The notes under the pieces: model-generated
Seen by the model: the letters and a program-made list of their open reading frames with translations, nothing else
What the model was told of the DNA's origin: nothing
Databases searched by the model: none
Position numbers and translations under genes: made by a program
Shown: piece by piece, positions 18,279 to 31,268 of the stretch
How the letters are laid out: every line of letters starts with the position of its first letter
Numbering within the stretch: the stretch's first letter is position 1
DNA from: Salpingoeca rosetta
Taxonomy: Eukaryota; Protista; Choanoflagellata
DNA length: 64,000 nucleotides
Direction of reading: 5' to 3'
Assembly (NCBI GenBank): GCA_033442325.1
Contig: JAWQFM010000019.1
Span: forward strand, 979,870-1,043,869

Positions 18279-21200
18279 CACATGTGCCTTGACGCTGCAT
18301 CAGGGCCAACTGCATACAACCCACAGAGCATCGACACCTGCCATCTGATGTGTCATTCGCGCCTCACCTGCCACCGCTTTGGTCTCTTCCTCAGGCACCA
18401 TCCTCAGCGGATTCCATGAGTGAAGACACCATGCCAGCCCCACCGCAGCTGACGGCAACAGAGGTACGCTTGTCGGCTCTGCCGTGCCAATGCGCTTTTG
18501 CACTGCATGACATCTCATATGGGCCGACACATTGTTTCAATCGTTTCTCTTTTCTCCTGACGCCTCTTCTTCCCGGCTTGAACGGTGCAGGTCATGGTGC
18601 TCCAAAGAGCCGCCATGATTTTGCGGAAGAAATACTCCGCTGCTCGCAAAGGACTTGACGTTGAGACATCCCTTCGTGATTTCGGTTCTGACGCGCTGTT
18701 GCATTTGCAAGAACAAGTCATACATATCGCCGTCTTATTCCCAGACGTTGAAATTGTAGTGGACGCGCTGAGTCCGCCCACGACCGACATACATGAGATA
18801 TTTTCAGCGCGGGACGCTGTAAGACTGCGATTGTTCAAATGCACACCTCCCAAGCTGGAGACATCTGCGCTCAACAAGCGGCTGAGTAAGTGCATTTTTG
18901 AGTTGATGTCCTGCGACGGCTGTTTGCGACGTGCTTCTCATGCCTTACCCATGACTCACACCCAACGAATTGGCTTCAGCCAAACTAATCTCGGTCCACC
19001 ACATACACGTGCATATACATGCGCGCACACTCCCATGCAGACCTTGTGCGGACCGTGGCACCAAGCACAGCTTCAAAGAAAGAGCTGAACAAGCAGGGGA
19101 GAGAGGGGGGTGTGGATAGCACCTTCCCTTACTTTATCTCCATCGACTCGTCGACCTTCGCGGTTACCTCACAACTCGCCAAGCAGCTTGACATGGCCAC
19201 AGCAACACATGGCGACGGGAGTGAGTTTATGTGTATGTGGTGTATGTGTGTGGTGGGGTGTGTATGTGGGGTGTGGTGTGTGTGGTGTTTTGTCGTGTGA
19301 CTTGCCTTAATTCCTGTATCAGAGCATCTATGATTGTGTGCCTACTTTGTGCGCTTGTGATAGTGTGTGTGTTGTGTGTTGTGTGTCGCAAGGTGGCTGC
19401 AATACACGTACACATGTACGCACGCACATGTACGCACGCACATGTACGCACACATGTACACACGCGTACATTCACTTTCATGCACATACATGCACACACG
19501 TATGCACGCACGCATGCACCGCCACTGGCATGCAATGACTCACAAGCTCGTGTGTTCTTCTTGCTTTGCGTTTTTGCTGGGCAGCCTCTGGCTTTGAAGA
19601 CATCAGCACGGACGAATACAAAGAGTGGATCCAATACCAAATGGTGGTGTGCATTCACAATTACTTCAATCGCAAGAAGCTGCACAGCCGCATGATGGTC
19701 ATCGCCAACGCGCCTGTCTCGAACACGCAGCAGTACAAGATTGACGCTGCGTTTCGTCCGACCGTGTGCGAGCTGCACCACAACTTTCTGCCTCTTATCA
19801 TTGAGGTAATGATTGACGTGTGCGCCTCTGACTTTTTTATTGCAATTGCTTGTGCATCAGCCACCACACGATACACACACACATAAGCGCACACAGACGC
19901 GCAGACGCAAACACACACACGCGCGGAAACACAAATCCTGCTTGCTCACTGCTGTGTCCACCTTGTGTGCATATTGTAGTTGGAGCAGCAGCGTGCACAG
20001 CGAGCGGAAGCACAGGAGCAATTGCGCGAACACGCATTGCACGCAATCAAGTGCGTTCCCCGCTGGGAGTCTGTGATCAAGGGGCTGATGTACCCCATCG
20101 GCATCGCCGTCGCCGGGAACTGTGTTGATGTGTATGGTTTCGTCCTTGGACACAAGACGTTCGCTGGTGGCCAGAAGATGCCAGTCATCAACACCATCAC
20201 CCTAACATCCACCACGGTGCACCTCTGCTAGCATATGTTGTTGTTGTTGTTGTTTTCTCTTGTTGTGGTGGCTTGCTCCTCTTGCCCCTGACATGCTGCT
20301 CTCCTCGTCCATTGTGGTGTCCCTTTGCTCCGTCGGTGGCGGGCCACATGCTCTCACACACGCTCATGTGTCGCATATCTCCACACTCCTGCTTTCGTGC
20401 TTCCTGCTTTGTTGCGGTGTCAGCTGTCCAAGTTCTCCCGTGTGCTGGATGTGCTCTTGTCTGAGCCCCTGCTGGCCTACTACGACTCGCTCTACGCTCG
20501 ATGCTTTGGAGCCCCTGCCACCACCTCTCCGCCACCGCCGCCATCTACCCAGGGCGATATCCCACCTGCTCTTGTTGAGCGCATTCACTTGAGCGACCAT
20601 CGCCCCGACGAACCACAGCAGCCACAGCAGCACCAGCACCAGCAGCCACAGCAGCACCAGCAGCACCAGCAACTACAGCAGCAGCAGCAGCCACAGCACC
20701 ATCAGCAGCAGAAAGATGAGGTCATCTTGGCCAACATGCGCGTGTTCTTCGAGTTTGAAGAAATCAATGCAGACGTAAAGATTATTGACGACACTGTGGT
20801 GAAGCGTGTGCCTGACGACCACAACATCGACCGCATTCGTCTTATGTGGCGCATCCTGCACCCACGTCACCCGATTCGCGTCATCAACAGCAACACCATC
20901 GTCATGCCCTTCCTCGGCAGCGGCAAGTTCACCACGCCAGAGCAGCTGTTGTGTGTGGCAGAGCAGCTTCTGCGGTTGTGTTTCCACTCACTTTCCCACG
21001 CCGATGTGCGGAAGGAAAACATAGCGGTGAGGAACGCTAAAGTCGCGTTCCTCATTGACGTTGAGGATTTTGGAACGCACACGCCGGACGGGTTCAACTG
21101 TTGTCTGCTGGAACGCCATCCTGACTTGTTTTGTCGCTCGGGCAGGGACCGGCTGCCGTTCAAAAGCATCCACGACTTTTACTCACTGGCCATGGCATGG

Positions 21201-21515
21201 GCTCGCCCCGACTTTGGCGAGAGGTTTGATGTCCTGAGAACGTGTGATCGGTTTGAGGATGCGTGCCGGCGACTTGTTGAGTGGCTGCAGCAGAAGAAGC
21301 GTGACATGGCGCATGAGAGCGATGGGAACGCCGATGACGGTGACCAGGGAAACGCTGATGATGATGATGATGATGATGATGAGGAGGAGGAGGAGGAGCA
21401 GCAGCAGCAGCAGCAGCAGGAGGGGGAGGAGGAAGGCCGTGAGGTGGGCGTAAAGAAGAAGCTGAAGATCCTCAACAAGCTCATCGAAGGAATGCAGAAC
21501 GCTACCATTCTTTGA
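18074..21515 (+). CDS. Multi-exon protein with a degenerate PD-(D/E)xK-like segment and a C-terminal atypical protein kinase (Crinkler/FunK1-like architecture)
   Basis: Kinase motifs VVKRV, IVMPFLG, SHADVRKENI, AFLIDVEDFG, ERHPD, HDFYSL in the last exon. Upstream exons give YKIDAAF...LPLIIE|LE then PIGIAVAGNCVDVYGF. Start at 18074 inferred from splice-phase compatibility. Confidence 0.6.
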
Positions 21516-22635
21516 CCTGTGTTGGTGCAACCACCCTTGCCTTCTTTTATGGTGGTGGCGGTGACAGGGGATGATGATGACGGTAGTGGTGGTTGAGGTG
21601 GTGGTTGAGGTGGTGAAATTGCTGTGTCTGGTGTTTTGTCTGCTGTTGCTGTTGCTAATTTGCTTGTTGTGGTGGGCCAGGCCTCCTTGTGATACTTGTT
21701 GTGCGTGCTATGATGGTGTGACTTCCATGAAGCTAAATATGGTATGCGTCTATCCCGTGCATAAAAGAGTGACGTGACATATGGCATGACATGACATGAC
21801 ACGACACGCCATGACTTCCTTGATCGAAAAGTATGGATCCTGTGCAGTGTGTTTGGAGATGAAAGACACATTGGTGCCGAAAGGGGGTTAGATGTTTGGA
21901 ATGGGCGACTTGTAGTGGACTTGCACGAGTGGTGTGAACTCATGTCACAGATGCGGAGTGGGGGGAGGCGTGTGTGGTCGCGTTTGCCGCGTGTGTGCGG
22001 TTTGTGTTGTTTATGTCGGTTCTCAAGACGGGCACGGACAAGCAAACGAAGGAAGCAAAACGGCAGACTCATGAAGCACACTTAAGATCGGTGAAACGAA
22101 AAAGAAGGCAGTCATCATCCACTCACTCATACACATGAAGCAACCAAGCCATCAAATCAAGCCACCAAGCAAGCAATCAGCCATCAATTACCACTCGAGC
22201 AAGCAATATATGGCACCATCACCAATCATCAGCACATTGTGCCACCATGCCATCTTCGTCACGCCGTCCACCGCGGTTGCCGCCCCCATCAGGAGAAGAG
22301 GCCACTGCACCACTGGCGCCCAAAGGTGAAGCAGATGCACACGCCGAGGATCAGGCCTGCAAGAGACGGGTCCACGCCACTTCCCTGGACAGCCAGGTCG
22401 CTTGCCTTGACAAACCCGTCAAGCACGCGATTGGCGCTCTGAGTGAAGGGGTGTAGCTGCGAAGCAGACACACTACGGTAGCACACAAGCAAGCAACACA
22501 CACCACACCACACCACATCACACCACACCACATACACCACACCACATACACCACACCACACATACACACATACACAACACACCACACAACACCACACACA
22601 CACACACCATCCAGCTCAGCCACTTTCCACACCAA

Positions 22636-23955
22636 TCACAATCCAAGGCAGCCCGGCTTAATGACGAGGATGGAGGCTGCCTGAGTCGGGATGCCGTACA
22701 CGGTGGTGCCATCGGCGCTGGCCACGGCGCCCTGCCATGCAGCAAGGCTGAGCTCGACGCCACCATCATCCGTCACGCTGATTGCAGCACGCGCGGTGTT
22801 CTTGCCGGGGTCGATGACAAGCACTTCGTTGGCGTTGAAGGGGGGCGCGTAGATGCGGCCATCCGCTCGGGCAAGGGCACCGCCCCACCACTTTCCGGGC
22901 CGCATGCCCGCGTCAGTGATCTCGGTGTAGTTGACGCTCATGGCGACGGGGTCGATGACGAGCACAGTGCTCGCAGTGTGTGGGATGCCGTAGATCTTGC
23001 CGTTGCCTGCAAGCACGCCGCCGGCCCATTTCTGCAGTCCACTGGGGACGTTGATGCTGTGCGTGTCCACGGTGCCCAGGGAAGCGGCCTGGGTGTCGAT
23101 GACGAGCACGACATCGGCGGTGTGTGGGATACCAAAGATCATGCCATTACCATCGCGGACGGCACCAACCCACTTGTCATCGCCGGGCATAACGGGGAGG
23201 GTTGTGGTGTCGACAGAGTTGGTGGCTGGGTCGACGACAAGCACAAAGTCGGAGCTGCGCGGCATGCCATAGATCATGCCGTTGTCGGCCAGCACGGCGT
23301 CCTCGAAGAGCGCCTTGTCGCTGTACCCAGAGGCGAGGTCGATGGGAATCGACGTGGCGTCTGCCATGTTTGTGTTGGTGTCCACGACAAGCACGCTTCT
23401 GCTCTTGGAAGGGACGCAATAGATCTTGCCGTTGGGCGCCAGCGCTGCGCCGGCCCATGCGCGATTCACGCTTGAGTTGACGGGGATGGCAGCGGTGTCC
23501 ACTTGCCGCGTTTCGGGGTCCAGCACCATAATCGCGGACGCATTGCTTGGTACCGCGTAGATCTTGCCGTTTGGCGCCACGACGCCGCCGTACCACTGAG
23601 GCGACGCCGCGGTCGCACCGTCTCCTTGCTTGCTGTCATCCTTGGCGGGGATGTGGTCGATGTACGGCTGTGGGGGTGGCTGCCTGCAAACGGCGCCCGC
23701 GCCTCGCTTCAGCAGCCGAAATTCCTCCGCCAGCCCCTGCAGCTCTGCCACAAAATCCAGCCCTTCGTTCAGCACCACCTTCCCTCCAGCTCCACCTGCG
23801 TTAACGACAAGGCGCCCATCCACGTCCACCTCCAGCACAGCACCGCCAACGCCAACGCCGCACGTCGCAGCAAGCACAACAAGCAGCAGCAGCAGTGTTG
23901 TTGTTGTTGCTGCTGTTGCTGTTGGTCTCGGCAAATTCTGCTGCTTCTCATTCAT
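22636..23955 (-). CDS. Intronless secreted/anchored protein, 439 aa, with seven WxGGVLAxNGKIYxIP...VLVIDP repeats (predicted 7-bladed beta-propeller)
   Basis: Single long ORF. Hydrophobic N-terminal signal (LLLLLVVLAATCG), short beta plus helical segment, then seven ~50-aa repeats. Confidence 0.85.
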   Translation of the reverse strand: MNEKQQNLPRPTATAATTTTLLLLLVVLAATCGVGVGGAVLEVDVDGRLVVNAGGAGGKVVLNEGLDFVAELQGLAEEFRLLKRGAGAVCRQPPPQPYIDHIPAKDDSKQGDGATAASPQWYGGVVAPNGKIYAVPSNASAIMVLDPETRQVDTAAIPVNSSVNRAWAGAALAPNGKIYCVPSKSRSVLVVDTNTNMADATSIPIDLASGYSDKALFEDAVLADNGMIYGMPRSSDFVLVVDPATNSVDTTTLPVMPGDDKWVGAVRDGNGMIFGIPHTADVVLVIDTQAASLGTVDTHSINVPSGLQKWAGGVLAGNGKIYGIPHTASTVLVIDPVAMSVNYTEITDAGMRPGKWWGGALARADGRIYAPPFNANEVLVIDPGKNTARAAISVTDDGGVELSLAAWQGAVASADGTTVYGIPTQAASILVIKPGCLGL

Positions 23956-24015
23956 CTTTGCTGGTGTATTGTAGAAAAGTAACCATTACACCGCAACTAT
24001 TCAGCATTCGAAAGC

Positions 24016-24114
<99 letters not shown>

Positions 24115-24447
24115 CCCGCGCACATCCCAACAACGGCCTGCCACAGTGTCATCTCCTCTCTCCCTCTTCCCTTCCCTCTTCCTTCTTTTGCTTGATTCAC
24201 AGTCCTCAGTCTGTAATGTGTAATGTAAGGCAGATTGTGTACAATAACGTGTTCTTTCCTCTTTCTGCACCAAGCACAAGCGATCAAAACAACATGATGA
24301 CAACTACCTTTGCGCACACGCACACAACCGCTTGCGTGCACTTCCTCGTCACCCCCTCGACACACACACACACACGCACATAAACACACACACGCACACA
24401 CACACACACGTACACACACACACTCTCTCTCTTCTCTTTGCACTCGG

Positions 24448-26067
24448 TTAGGTGTCGTCTGAGGCGACGGTGAAAGGGCTGCCTTGAACTGGCTCTCCTC
24501 GCCACAAGACATCAATCTCATACACGCCCGGTGGAAATCCTTGATCGGGAATGAAGGACATGCCTCGATCACACCGGCCCAGGTCCTCAAGCGTGATGGC
24601 ACTCACGGGCCCATTGCGTACGCGTACCTCCAGTCCCTGTGGCATCTCCGGCATGGCCAACGCCTCGCCGACATCCTCCTCCTTCTCTTCTTCAACTTCT
24701 GCCTCGGTCTCCGTTTCGCTCTCGCTCTCGCTCTCGCTCTCGCTCCCACTGCTGCTGACCTCATCTTCTTCCTGTATTGCCGGCGGCACGCGGTCCAGGG
24801 CCTGCCGCAGTGTGTGCTCGATGCTCTCTGTGTTGATGGCGGGCACTGAGGGCCTGTGTGCGGGCACTTCATCCTCAGAATCGCTCTCATAGTCGAGGAT
24901 GGCGCCATGCAGGTTCACGGTGACGGCGTCGTCGTCCCAGATGAGCCCGTTGGTCTGGGCATTGTCGAAACGCGCGCCAGGATCAACAGGCACGCCCGCC
25001 ACTTTGCTCTCCATCACTTCCCGGAACATGGTCAGGTAGGTGATGGTGCTGCAGCAACGGTGCGTGCGTTGCGGTGGAGGAGGGTTGACAGGTTGTCATG
25101 GAAACATGTGAGTACAGATCTTCATCGAGTTACTTTCCACAATGTAGGGGCGGGGGACGGAGGAATCGCCACACGTTTCCAAACGTGCAACACGTGCACG
25201 CATGACAACACACTGACGCAGATGAGCACATATAGACTCACACACACACACTCTCTCACACACACACACACTCACTCACTCTCTCACACACTCACTCTCT
25301 CTCTCACACACACACGCTCTCTCTCTAACACACACTCACACACACACACTCACACACACACTCACTCACACACACTCACTCACTCACTCACTCACAAATG
25401 TACCTGAGCTCGTCGAGGTTCGGAGAGACCATGTCCTCTGGTGTGAGGAGGGGAGGAATGTCGAGTTCTTCAGATGCGACGCTGATGCCATACTCTGCAC
25501 ACGCATACTCGTCGTAGTCGTCCAGCGTCTCAAAGTCTGTTGAAGTGGGTGGTTGGTGGTGGTGGTATGTGTGCGTGTGAGCAGGAAGGAATACTGTCAC
25601 GAAGGACAAGACAAACAAAACCACGCACACACACGCACACACACACACACACACAAAACACACACACACACACAAAACACACACACACACACACACACAC
25701 ACAAGCACACACACACAAGCACACACACACACAAATGCACACACACGCACAAACACACACAAGCACACACACACGCACAAACACACGCACAACACACACA
25801 CACACAAGCACACACACAAGCACACGCGCCCGCGCGAGAATGCACAGCACAGCACAAAGAACAGCAGCCGCGGCGACGACGTACCGTCAATGGTGCCTGG
25901 CTTCATGGCCTCAATGAGAGCGCACACGCGGTGGCCGTCGTTCCAGTCTGTGGTGAAGTTCTTCGTGTGCAAGTTGAAGGGGGAGTCCTTGCCAATGTGA
26001 GAGTTGACCCATGACATGAGCTCCTCCCACGACTCCCACCGACCAAGCAGTTTGTACCTGGCATTAG

Positions 26068-26150
<83 letters not shown>

Positions 26151-27055
26151 GTGGGGGGTGAGAATGGCCTCTTCAGCAGCGATGAGCAGTGGCCAGGAGG
26201 GATCAACTAGCCGTGCTTAGCAGCATGAATGTGCAGCAAAGTGAAGGCGCGATTCGCAGTGGCCAGCAGTACACCACACTCGACGGCAACACGCGAGCAC
26301 CATCAACCGCAGAGCGTCAAGAGCAAAGCAGTGGCGCTTGGTTACACTTTTGCTTGCAGGCACGAAGGGATGACCTACTTGAGGATGAGGCTCCAGATGA
26401 GGGAGAGGACGACGGGCGCATCTGCTTCCATGATGTGTGTGGCCTCCATCTTGAAGTAGAGGGCGTCATGGTCCTTGAGGAACCGCAAGCACGAGCGGAT
26501 GTTGTACTCGCACTCTTCCAGATCGTGCGGCTGGGGATAGTGCTTCACAGCCTCCTGCAGTGACAGTTGCATATGGTTGGGAGGATGAGAGTGGTGTGCT
26601 ACGCTGTGGCAATGCCTGCATGCCCACAAGCACGATACCACACACAGGCCCACATCCACACACGCGCATGTACACATGAATATAGTACGCATACGCACTC
26701 ATGCATGCACACAGCACATAGGCACACACACTCATGCATGCACACACGTACACATGACTCACCCCTGACAAGAGCTCAATGAGGTTGGCCAAAGTGACAC
26801 CATCGCGGAAGCCCTTGATAATGTCGTGCACAAACAAGCCGCGGTCTTCCAAGTGCCAGTTTGCCCAGCGCTGTGCACGGGAAACAACAGCACCTGAGTT
26901 GGTGTTGCCACAAAGGCACACACGAGAACACGAGTGCATACACACGAGTGCATACACACGAGTGCATACACACGAGCACAAACGCAACAAGTGCACAAGC
27001 GCACACTTCATACCTGAAAGGTGCCGCATTGGATAGTGAGCCACGTCTTCGGCAT
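24448..27055 (-). CDS. Mini-filamin A: tandem calponin-homology (CH1-CH2) actin-binding domain plus one filamin Ig-like repeat with an acidic insert
   Basis: MPKTWLTIQCGTFQ|RWANWHL, FRDGVTLANLIELLS, VLSLIWSLIL, NFTTDWNDGHRVCALIEAMKPG, LDIPPLLTPEDMVSPNLDELSTITYL, PGVYEIDVLWRGEPVQGSPFTV. Confidence 0.85.
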
Positions 27056-27360
27056 AATGGAAGTGTGTGTGTATTGTAGGTGCCTGCAACGTATGATCTG
27101 TGTCTGTTGCGTGTCGCTGCGCTGTGCTTGTGCTCCTTCAGTGTGTCTGCTTCTCCACCACAATGAATAATGAAGCACATCGCTCGACCGGTGGCAGCAG
27201 CGCCATCCGTGTTGATGTGGTTGTTTGTTGTTGTGGTTGCGCATTCTTGGGTGTGGTGTTGTGTTGTCAGGCTTTTTCGGCGCACAACGACGGGCAATAC
27301 GGAGCACCGAATACGAGTCATGGCTGCGAGGCATTTCCACAAACAAAACCAACTCTGTTG

Positions 27361-29091
27361 ATGACGATGGACCAAGCGACCAACGCCGAGCCTCAGATGC
27401 AGGCACCGACCCTGTCGCAGTCCTGGGTGTGTATGTATGTATGTGTGTGTGTGTGTGTGTGTCTGTGTCTGTGTGTGTGTATGTGTATGTGTGTGTGTGT
27501 CTGTGTCTGTGTCTGTGTCTGTGTCTGTCTGCCTACCTACCTACCTGCCTACCTACCTGCCTACCTACCTGCGGACCTACCTGCCTACCTACTTGCCTAC
27601 ACTTGCATGTCTCCTTGCATGTCTGTATTAGTGACTCCCACTGCACGTATTCCATCCCTCCCCGCTCACTCTTTGTTCCCACCACACCTTCCCCTCCTGC
27701 CATCACACACCTCGCTTGCTGCCGCTTTGCCAGTCTGACATCCAAGAGCGCACATTCACGCGATGGATCAACTACCACCTGGTTTGTCTTCCTTCCTTCA
27801 ACACACACACACACACGCCACACACACACACACGCCACACACACACACACACGTACGCAACAACCCACACGTGCTCCTCATCTCTCGTGCACAAATAAAC
27901 CCGCCCCCCCCCCCACCCGGCCGCGTCCTCGCCATGCACGTGCTCCTCGCACACAGGCGGACCGAGGCATCACAGTTGGCAAGGTTCATGAATCGCTGAA
28001 AGATGGCATTGGTGAGTGCAAATGCGCCGCCGCGATGCGAGCGTCGAACGACTCCTCTTCGCTATCAACATGGTGCGGCTCGCCGGTGTATCTCGCTTTC
28101 TCGTTGCTCACAGCTCTCCCACTCCCACTGCGTTGCTTGCTTGCTTGCTTGTCTCGCTTTGTCTCGCACGTAGCGCTCATCAACTTGATGGAGGTGCTGA
28201 CGGGCAAGAAGTCAAAGCGGTACTTCAAGAACGCAAACAACCGCATCCAATACTTTAACAAGTCAGTGGACATGACATTGTGCTCTGCTTGTGTGTTTGC
28301 GTCCCTGTTTGCGTCACTGTTCGCGTCCCTGTGGATGCTCTTGTCCCTGACCAAAGCGTTCGTCTCTGTGCTTGCAGGCTCTTGTCAATGTGCAAGCTTG
28401 TTGTCGCCCTTGCTTCAGTACCCCAACAATGCCTTCATGAGCTTGCCTGCAGGCAAGAATTCGCATCCTTACTTACCCCGACCGCATCACACACACACAC
28501 ACACACGTGTGCTTCTTGTGTGCACTGGCAGTGTGGACGTTGCACTGAAGATGATCAAAGCCGAAGGGATTGAGCTGGTCAACGTTGGCGGTGCCGACAT
28601 TGTGGATGGTATGAACTGGTCCCTGTGTTGCGCTTCTCCGCTTTAAACAGCATTTTGCGTTCTGCTCCTGAACCAGTGTCACTTGCCAGTGCTGGTTACA
28701 CCTTCGACACATGCGCGGCAGCTCTCGTGATGCCTTACGATGATGTTGAGGGCTTCAGTCATCTCATTCCCACCTCCATTCACCCATCCCACCGGCCCTC
28801 ACTGCTCACTTTTCTTTGTTGCGCGCGTGCATGTCGTTGTTGACGCCTGCAGAGCAGTACACGCCGTGCATGGGCTTGATCTGGGCCCTCATTGGACATT
28901 ACACCATCAACCGAGGCGGCAAGAAGGAGGTCATGAAATGGGTAAGTGGTCATCTGTTGTACACGTGTTCTTCTCTGTGATTGGCACGGCTCAACAGCGG
29001 ATGGCACACGTACTGGTTCACGGCTGGCCTATTGCTGGTGCACACATGCACTCACTCACGCACTCACATACACATGCACACACCCTCACAC

Positions 29092-29143
<52 letters not shown>

Positions 29144-30583
29144 GCACGCACTCACTCACGCACTCACATACATGCACACACACACACATACACACACACA
29201 CAGGTCAATGACATGGTTGGCTTGCGAACGCCGTACAAATTGGACCCAGCGCACTTTGCTGACAACCTCACGTCGGGAAAGCTGGCCTGCTGCCTCGTGG
29301 ACGCCTGCTCCCCTGGCACCATCGGTACGTGCTGGTTTTTTGTTGTTGTGTGCGTGCATGTGTGTGTGTGCATGTGTATGTGTGTCTGCTAGTAAGAGAG
29401 TCATTGTGTATGTGTGTGTGTGTGTGTCTGCCAGGAGGTCATTGTGAGTGTGAAAACAGGTGTATGTACATCCGCAAAGCCAGGCGCTCTGCGTTCCTCA
29501 GCATAATCTCACCATCCGTGCCTCTGGTCCCCTTGGTTCATGTCTTCCATGCTAGATGTCAATGCTCTCCCGCCCACCCCGCTGGAGCGTGCACAACTCG
29601 GTGCGGTCGTGCTGTGATTGCATTGCAAGCACAACCTGTCTCTTGCTTATGCCCGTGTACCCGTACACCAGTGAACCAGTGCCCCTTCTATCTATATCGC
29701 CTGCTGAATTGCTCACGTACAGAAATGCAGAAATGCTCACGTTTCCTCCTCATGCGCACATCTCCACACATACATACACACACACATATATACACATATA
29801 TATACATATATATATATATACGCATATGCACACGTATGCACACCACCACAAACACCACAAACACCACAAACACCACAAACACCATAAACACCACAAACAC
29901 CACTACTGCACCCCCCCCCCGCAGCGCTTGACAAGGGCAAGGCCATTGGCATCCCGCCCGTGGTGGAGGCCGTGGACCTGATCAACCCCAACATCGACGA
30001 CTTGAGCGTCGTCACGTACCTCGGCGGCTGCCAGACCGTCTGTCCCGAACCCCCCGAGTACGAACTCACAGAGGACTTGCCCCTCAAGGCACAGGTAGGA
30101 TGTGTGCATATGTGTGCGTGCGTGTGTGCGTGTGTATGTATGTGTGCGTGCGTGTGTGTGTGTGTGTGTATGCGTGTGTGTGTGTGTGTGTGAAGGTAAG
30201 CGAGATGTCTGTATGTGCCCCCACCAACCCTCTGCAACTGATGTATTCCGCTCTTTACACCTTGCATGCATGCGACTGGTTTGTATTTCCCCCCTCCACA
30301 TTCTACTCACCTACTTTCGTTGCTTGCAGGGCCTGTACATTGAAGTTGCAAATGCACCCCCAAGCAACATCACGCCAGAGGAAGGCGAAGGTGCGTGCAA
30401 TTGTTGCATGTGATTGTGCATCTGGGTTGTGTCGTTCGCTCTTGCGTTTGACCTCTTGAACTTGAACTTCATTGTTGACACATGGTGAGCAATTGGATAC
30501 AGCCGACGATCAATCTCACAACAATCCCACATACACACAAAACACACACACATACACACAAAAAACACACACACATACACACA

Positions 30584-30681
<98 letters not shown>

Positions 30682-30817
30682 TACACACACGCATACACCA
30701 GGGAACAAACGCGGGCTCGTGTTTGAGCCGACAGAAAAGGGCGGCGCGTACGAGGTCACCATCATGTGGAATGGCATCCCCATCACAGACGGGCCCATCG
30801 TCCTCCCAAACACATGA
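27361..30817 (+). CDS. Mini-filamin B: CH1-CH2 actin-binding domain plus one filamin Ig-like repeat
   Basis: W|SDIQERTFTRWINYHL, SLKDGI|ALINLMEVLTGK, NVDVALKMIKAEGIELVNVGGADIVD, GLIWALIGHY, GIPPVVEAVDLINPNIDDLSVVTYL, FEPTEKGGAYEVTIMWNGIPITDGP. Confidence 0.85.
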
Positions 30818-30895
30818 AGCAGCGGAAGAGGAGGGGGCGGGGCTGAGGTTGTTAACACAGTAAAGCAGAGAAGCCTGCATGCAACACAATGAAAG

Positions 30896-30990
<95 letters not shown>

Positions 30991-31268
30991 GCACACAATT
31001 CCCAACGTCATGGGAAGAAGTGCGCGCAAAACTCGTATTGCTGACGTGTGTTCGTTGCAAAACGACAGCAGTGTTTGCACGCAAACACACACGCACTCTT
31101 CTTTCTGTTTGATCGAGGGTGTGGTGGTGTGTGGTGGTCTGCGTGTTGACACAATCAGGTGGCAGCACGCTGCAGCTGCTGCACGCGATCTCTTCCCCTC
31201 CCCTTTCAAGCTGCCGCATCAGCCGCGTCAGCAACAGGAACAGCAACAGCAAGTCGTGAGTGTGAGCC

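Noticed and set aside
25092-25105. X-box-like GTTGTCATGGAAAC in the last intron of mini-filamin A
   Set aside because: A good motif match but intronic, with no associated ORF or TSS evidence; it could be chance.
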